From PVC group bacterium (GTDB lineage Bacteria; GCA-001730085; JADFSZ01): a DNA stretch of 7,107 nt. The notes under the pieces were generated by a model that was given only the letters and a program-made list of their open reading frames with translations, made no database searches and was not told the origin of the DNA. Positions 4,001-7,107 of the stretch are shown one piece after another. The stretch lies in contig JADFSZ010000089.1 in assembly GCA_022560555.1 (NCBI GenBank), positions 1-7,107 of the forward strand, written 5' to 3'. Position 1 is the first letter of the stretch, and every line of letters starts with the position of its first letter. The translations under genes and the position numbers were made by a program.

Positions 4001-7000
4001 ATGAGTCTCGTCCCGCAAAAACAAGGTCTTTACGATCCTGCCATGGAGCACGATGCCTGTGGTGTCGGTTTTATTGTCCAGATGGAGGGGAAAAAGTCTC
4101 ACACGATCATTCGTAACGGCCTGACTATCCTTGAAAATCTAGCACACCGCGGTGCCTGCGGATGCGACCCTCTGACGGGTGACGGTGCCGGGATCACAAC
4201 GCAAGTTCCGGACAAATTCCTTCGAAAAGAATGTCAAAAAAACCATATTGTTTTACCGCCCGAAGGGGAATATGGTGTCGGAAATGTTTTTCTGCCTCCC
4301 AATCTTGAAGAGCGTAATGCCTATGAAGAATGGTTCGAGCAAATCATCCATGGAGAAGGACAAAAGTTTTTGGGCTGGCGTGATATCCCGCATGACAGTT
4401 CGCAAATCGGAAAAGTTGCCCATTCCGTCGAACCTGAATTCCGGCAGATTTTTATCCAAAAAGACAGCGGTATTAAAGATCAAGATGCTTTTGAGCGCAA
4501 ACTTTATGTCATCCGAAAACTGATTGAAAAGAAAGTCTGGAATTCACATTTTTCTCAACAAAGTTACTTTCATATCGCGAGCCTTTCGACTAGGACACTT
4601 GTCTATAAGGGCCAGCTTATGAGCGATCAGCTGGACCGGTTTTATCTCGATCTTCGGGATGAATCGTTCGAATCCTGTTTGGCGATGGTTCATTCGAGAT
4701 ATAGCACAAACACGTTTCCTTCATGGCCTCTCGCTCATCCGTACCGCATGCTGAGTCATAACGGTGAAATCAATACCCTGCGCGGAAACATCAATTGGTC
4801 TCACGCGAGAGAAATGCTCTATAAAAGCGAACTGTTCGGTGATGATATTCATAAAATTCATCCTATTATCCAACCGGGCGGAAGTGATTCGGCTGCATTT
4901 GACAATGTGCTCGAGATGCTTGTCTTAACGGGACGCTCGTTGCCGCACGCGGTGATGATGATGATCCCCGAAGCCTGGAGCGGACACACCTCGATGGATG
5001 AAGACAAAAGAGCTTTTTATGAATACCATGCGTGTCTCATGGAGCCATGGGACGGTCCCGCGTCCATTGCTTTTACCGACGGCCGTTACATCGGAGCCGT
5101 TTTAGATCGAAATGGTTTACGGCCATCGCGTTATTATGTGACTAAAGATCATTATGTCATTATGGCCTCTGAAGCCGGTGTTTTAGAAATTCCTCCTAAT
5201 AACGTGCTTTTGAAGGGACGTTTACAGCCGGGAAAAATGTTCCTTGTCGATACCAACGAAGGCCGGATTATTGATGACACAGAGCTGAAGCGTTCTTACG
5301 CGACGAAAAAACCCTATAAAGAATGGCTTAAAGAGAACCTGGTTCATATTGATGAGCTGCCAAAACCAAAACGTGTTTTAGGACTCGATAAGGACCGTCT
5401 GCTCGAGCGTCAACAGGCATTCGGATATACGTTGGAAGATCTGAAGCTTATTCTGAAACCCATGGTGGAAGAAGGAAAAGAAGCCACGGGAAGCATGGGA
5501 AATGACGCGCCTTTGGCCGTCCTGTCGAATAAACCCCAGCTTCTCTATAACTATTTCAAACAATTATTCGCGCAAGTGACAAATCCTCCCGTGGACGCGA
5601 TTCGCGAAGAAATCATTATGGGGCCGGAAATGTTTCTGGGAGCGGAAGGTAATCAGCTCGATGAGGTTCCTGAACATTGCCGTCGTTTGAAAATCAATGA
5701 ACCTATCATTTCAAATGAAGATCTTGAAAAAATCCGTGAATTTAATGAAGCCGGACTAACATCTGATACTCTCAAAACAATTTTTCTTAAAAAAGACGGA
5801 GTCAAGGGTTTGGAAGTCTCTCTGGAAAATCTTTTTGGCCAAGCCGATCAAGCGATCAAAAAAGGACACACGCTTCTCATCTTGTCTGATCGGGATGTCA
5901 GTCAAGATCATGTCCCCATGCCCGCGCTTCTGGCTTGTTCCGGACTGCATCATCACCTGATACGTAACGGGAAGCGCACAAAAGTCAGTCTGATAATAGA
6001 GACGGGTGAAGCAAGAGAAATGCACCAATTCGCGCTTCTTATCGGATATGGGGCCAATGCAGTTAATCCATATCTCGCGTTTGAAACTATTCAGTATGAA
6101 ATTGAGCACGGAGATTTTGATCCGAATCTGGCCTTTGATAAAGCCGTTACCAATTACATCAAGGCCACACGTATAGGCCTCTACAAAATTATTTCAAAGA
6201 TGGGAATTTCCACGATTCAATCTTATTGCGGGGCGCAGATTTTTGAAGCGGTTGGTTTGGGAGATGAATTAGTGGAGAAATATTTCACGGCCACACCTTC
6301 CCGTATCGGAGGCATCGGAATCGAAACTTTGGCCGAAGAAATGTTAGCTCGTCACCGACGGGCTTATCCGCCGGCAGATACAGACCAATATGAATATAAA
6401 GAACTGGATATCGGAGGACATTATTATTGGCGACGTGAGGGTGAATTTCATCAAATCAACCCTCAAATGATTGCTCTTTTACAGCACGCGACACGGTCAG
6501 GAGACAGCAGTATGTATAAAAAATACGCGTCCTTAGTCAATGATCAGAGTAAAAACCGGGCGACTTTAAGAGGATTGCTAAAATTTAAAAAGGGGAATTC
6601 CATCCCGATAAACGATGTTGAACCCGCGAAAGAAATTGTGAAACGTTTCGCGACGGGCGCCATGTCCTACGGCTCGATCTCAAAAGAAGCGCATGAAACA
6701 CTCGCTATTGCCATGAATCGTATGGGAGGATTTTCCAATACGGGAGAAGGCGGTGAAGATCCTGATCGATTTCAACCTGATTCAAACGGAGATCTTCGGC
6801 GAAGCCGTATCAAACAGGTGGCTCAAGGACGGTTCGGGGTCACGATTGAATACCTTGTGAACGCGGATCAGCTTCAAATTAAAATGGCTCAAGGGGCCAA
6901 GCCGGGTGAAGGCGGACAGCTTCCGGGGTATAAAGTTAGCAAGGAGATCGCCAAAACGCGTTCCACGACTCCCGGGGTCGGTTTGATCTCCCCGCCGCCG

Positions 7001-7107
7001 CATCACGATATCTATTCGATTGAAGATCTCGCGCAATTGATTCATGATCTAAAAAATGCAAATCGTTTTGCCGATGTCAGCGTAAAACTTGTTGCCGAAT
7101 TCGGCGT
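4001..7107 (+). CDS. gltB: Glutamate synthase (GOGAT) large subunit, N-terminal ~1035 aa; continues past the window end
   Basis: RBS GAGAGGA at 3988-3994. The product begins [26 protein letters not shown], with the Ntn-amidotransferase catalytic Cys at tgt 4058-4060. [33 protein letters not shown] lies at 4691-4789. FMN-domain motifs GRFGVT...[16 protein letters not shown]...[20 protein letters not shown] lie at ~6827-7045. Start and end motifs are both in frame 2, and no stop-bounded fragment of this frame appears in the ORF track, so the frame is open to 7107. Confidence 0.97.
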   Translation, partial: MSLVPQKQGLYDPAMEHDACGVGFIVQMEGKKSHTIIRNGLTILENLAHRGACGCDPLTGDGAGITTQVPDKFLRKECQKNHIVLPPEGEYGVGNVFLPPNLEERNAYEEWFEQIIHGEGQKFLGWRDIPHDSSQIGKVAHSVEPEFRQIFIQKDSGIKDQDAFERKLYVIRKLIEKKVWNSHFSQQSYFHIASLSTRTLVYKGQLMSDQLDRFYLDLRDESFESCLAMVHSRYSTNTFPSWPLAHPYRMLSHNGEINTLRGNINWSHAREMLYKSELFGDDIHKIHPIIQPGGSDSAAFDNVLEMLVLTGRSLPHAVMMMIPEAWSGHTSMDEDKRAFYEYHACLMEPWDGPASIAFTDGRYIGAVLDRNGLRPSRYYVTKDHYVIMASEAGVLEIPPNNVLLKGRLQPGKMFLVDTNEGRIIDDTELKRSYATKKPYKEWLKENLVHIDELPKPKRVLGLDKDRLLERQQAFGYTLEDLKLILKPMVEEGKEATGSMGNDAPLAVLSNKPQLLYNYFKQLFAQVTNPPVDAIREEIIMGPEMFLGAEGNQLDEVPEHCRRLKINEPIISNEDLEKIREFNEAGLTSDTLKTIFLKKDGVKGLEVSLENLFGQADQAIKKGHTLLILSDRDVSQDHVPMPALLACSGLHHHLIRNGKRTKVSLIIETGEAREMHQFALLIGYGANAVNPYLAFETIQYEIEHGDFDPNLAFDKAVTNYIKATRIGLYKIISKMGISTIQSYCGAQIFEAVGLGDELVEKYFTATPSRIGGIGIETLAEEMLARHRRAYPPADTDQYEYKELDIGGHYYWRREGEFHQINPQMIALLQHATRSGDSSMYKKYASLVNDQSKNRATLRGLLKFKKGNSIPINDVEPAKEIVKRFATGAMSYGSISKEAHETLAIAMNRMGGFSNTGEGGEDPDRFQPDSNGDLRRSRIKQVAQGRFGVTIEYLVNADQLQIKMAQGAKPGEGGQLPGYKVSKEIAKTRSTTPGVGLISPPPHHDIYSIEDLAQLIHDLKNANRFADVSVKLVAEFG

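Noticed and set aside
3919-7045. ORFs 3919-4116 +, 4179-4523 +, 4253-4483 -, 5378-5563 -, 5756-6109 -, 6782-7045 -
   Set aside because: All overlap the continuous gltB reading frame (frame 2, 4001-7107), out of frame or antisense. gltB motifs are uninterrupted, so these are shadow ORFs.

Overview
This window is a nitrogen-assimilation locus with every gene on the + strand. I found no novel system here. There is no CRISPR array, mobile element, tRNA/rRNA gene or defence-like gene. In order, the window holds: (1) the last 91 codons of a sigma-54-dependent enhancer-binding protein (bEBP, 1-276); (2) a 660-bp non-coding stretch with two sigma-54 (-24/-12) promoters; (3) a secreted, very acidic beta-barrel outer-membrane protein (939-1736) that looks like the uncharacterised Gcw_chp/TorF (TIGR02001) family; (4) a third sigma-54 promoter; (5) amtB (2019-3341) and glnK (3376-3717); (6) a hairpin terminator; (7) a sigma-70-like promoter; (8) the first ~1035 codons of glutamate synthase large subunit gltB (4001 to the window end). 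gltB is missing from the supplied ORF track because it has no stop codon inside the window. Four things deserve a second look. First, the sigma-54 promoter at 371-386 has no annotated gene behind it. Second, an 18-bp dyad (about AAWTACA-N4-TGTWAWT) recurs five times upstream of the three sigma-54 promoters, with enhancer-like spacing. Third, the acidic outer-membrane protein is embedded in the ammonium-transport cluster. Fourth, the GlnK T-loop is divergent. All coordinates were indexed by hand, and all family assignments come from recalled motifs, not searches.
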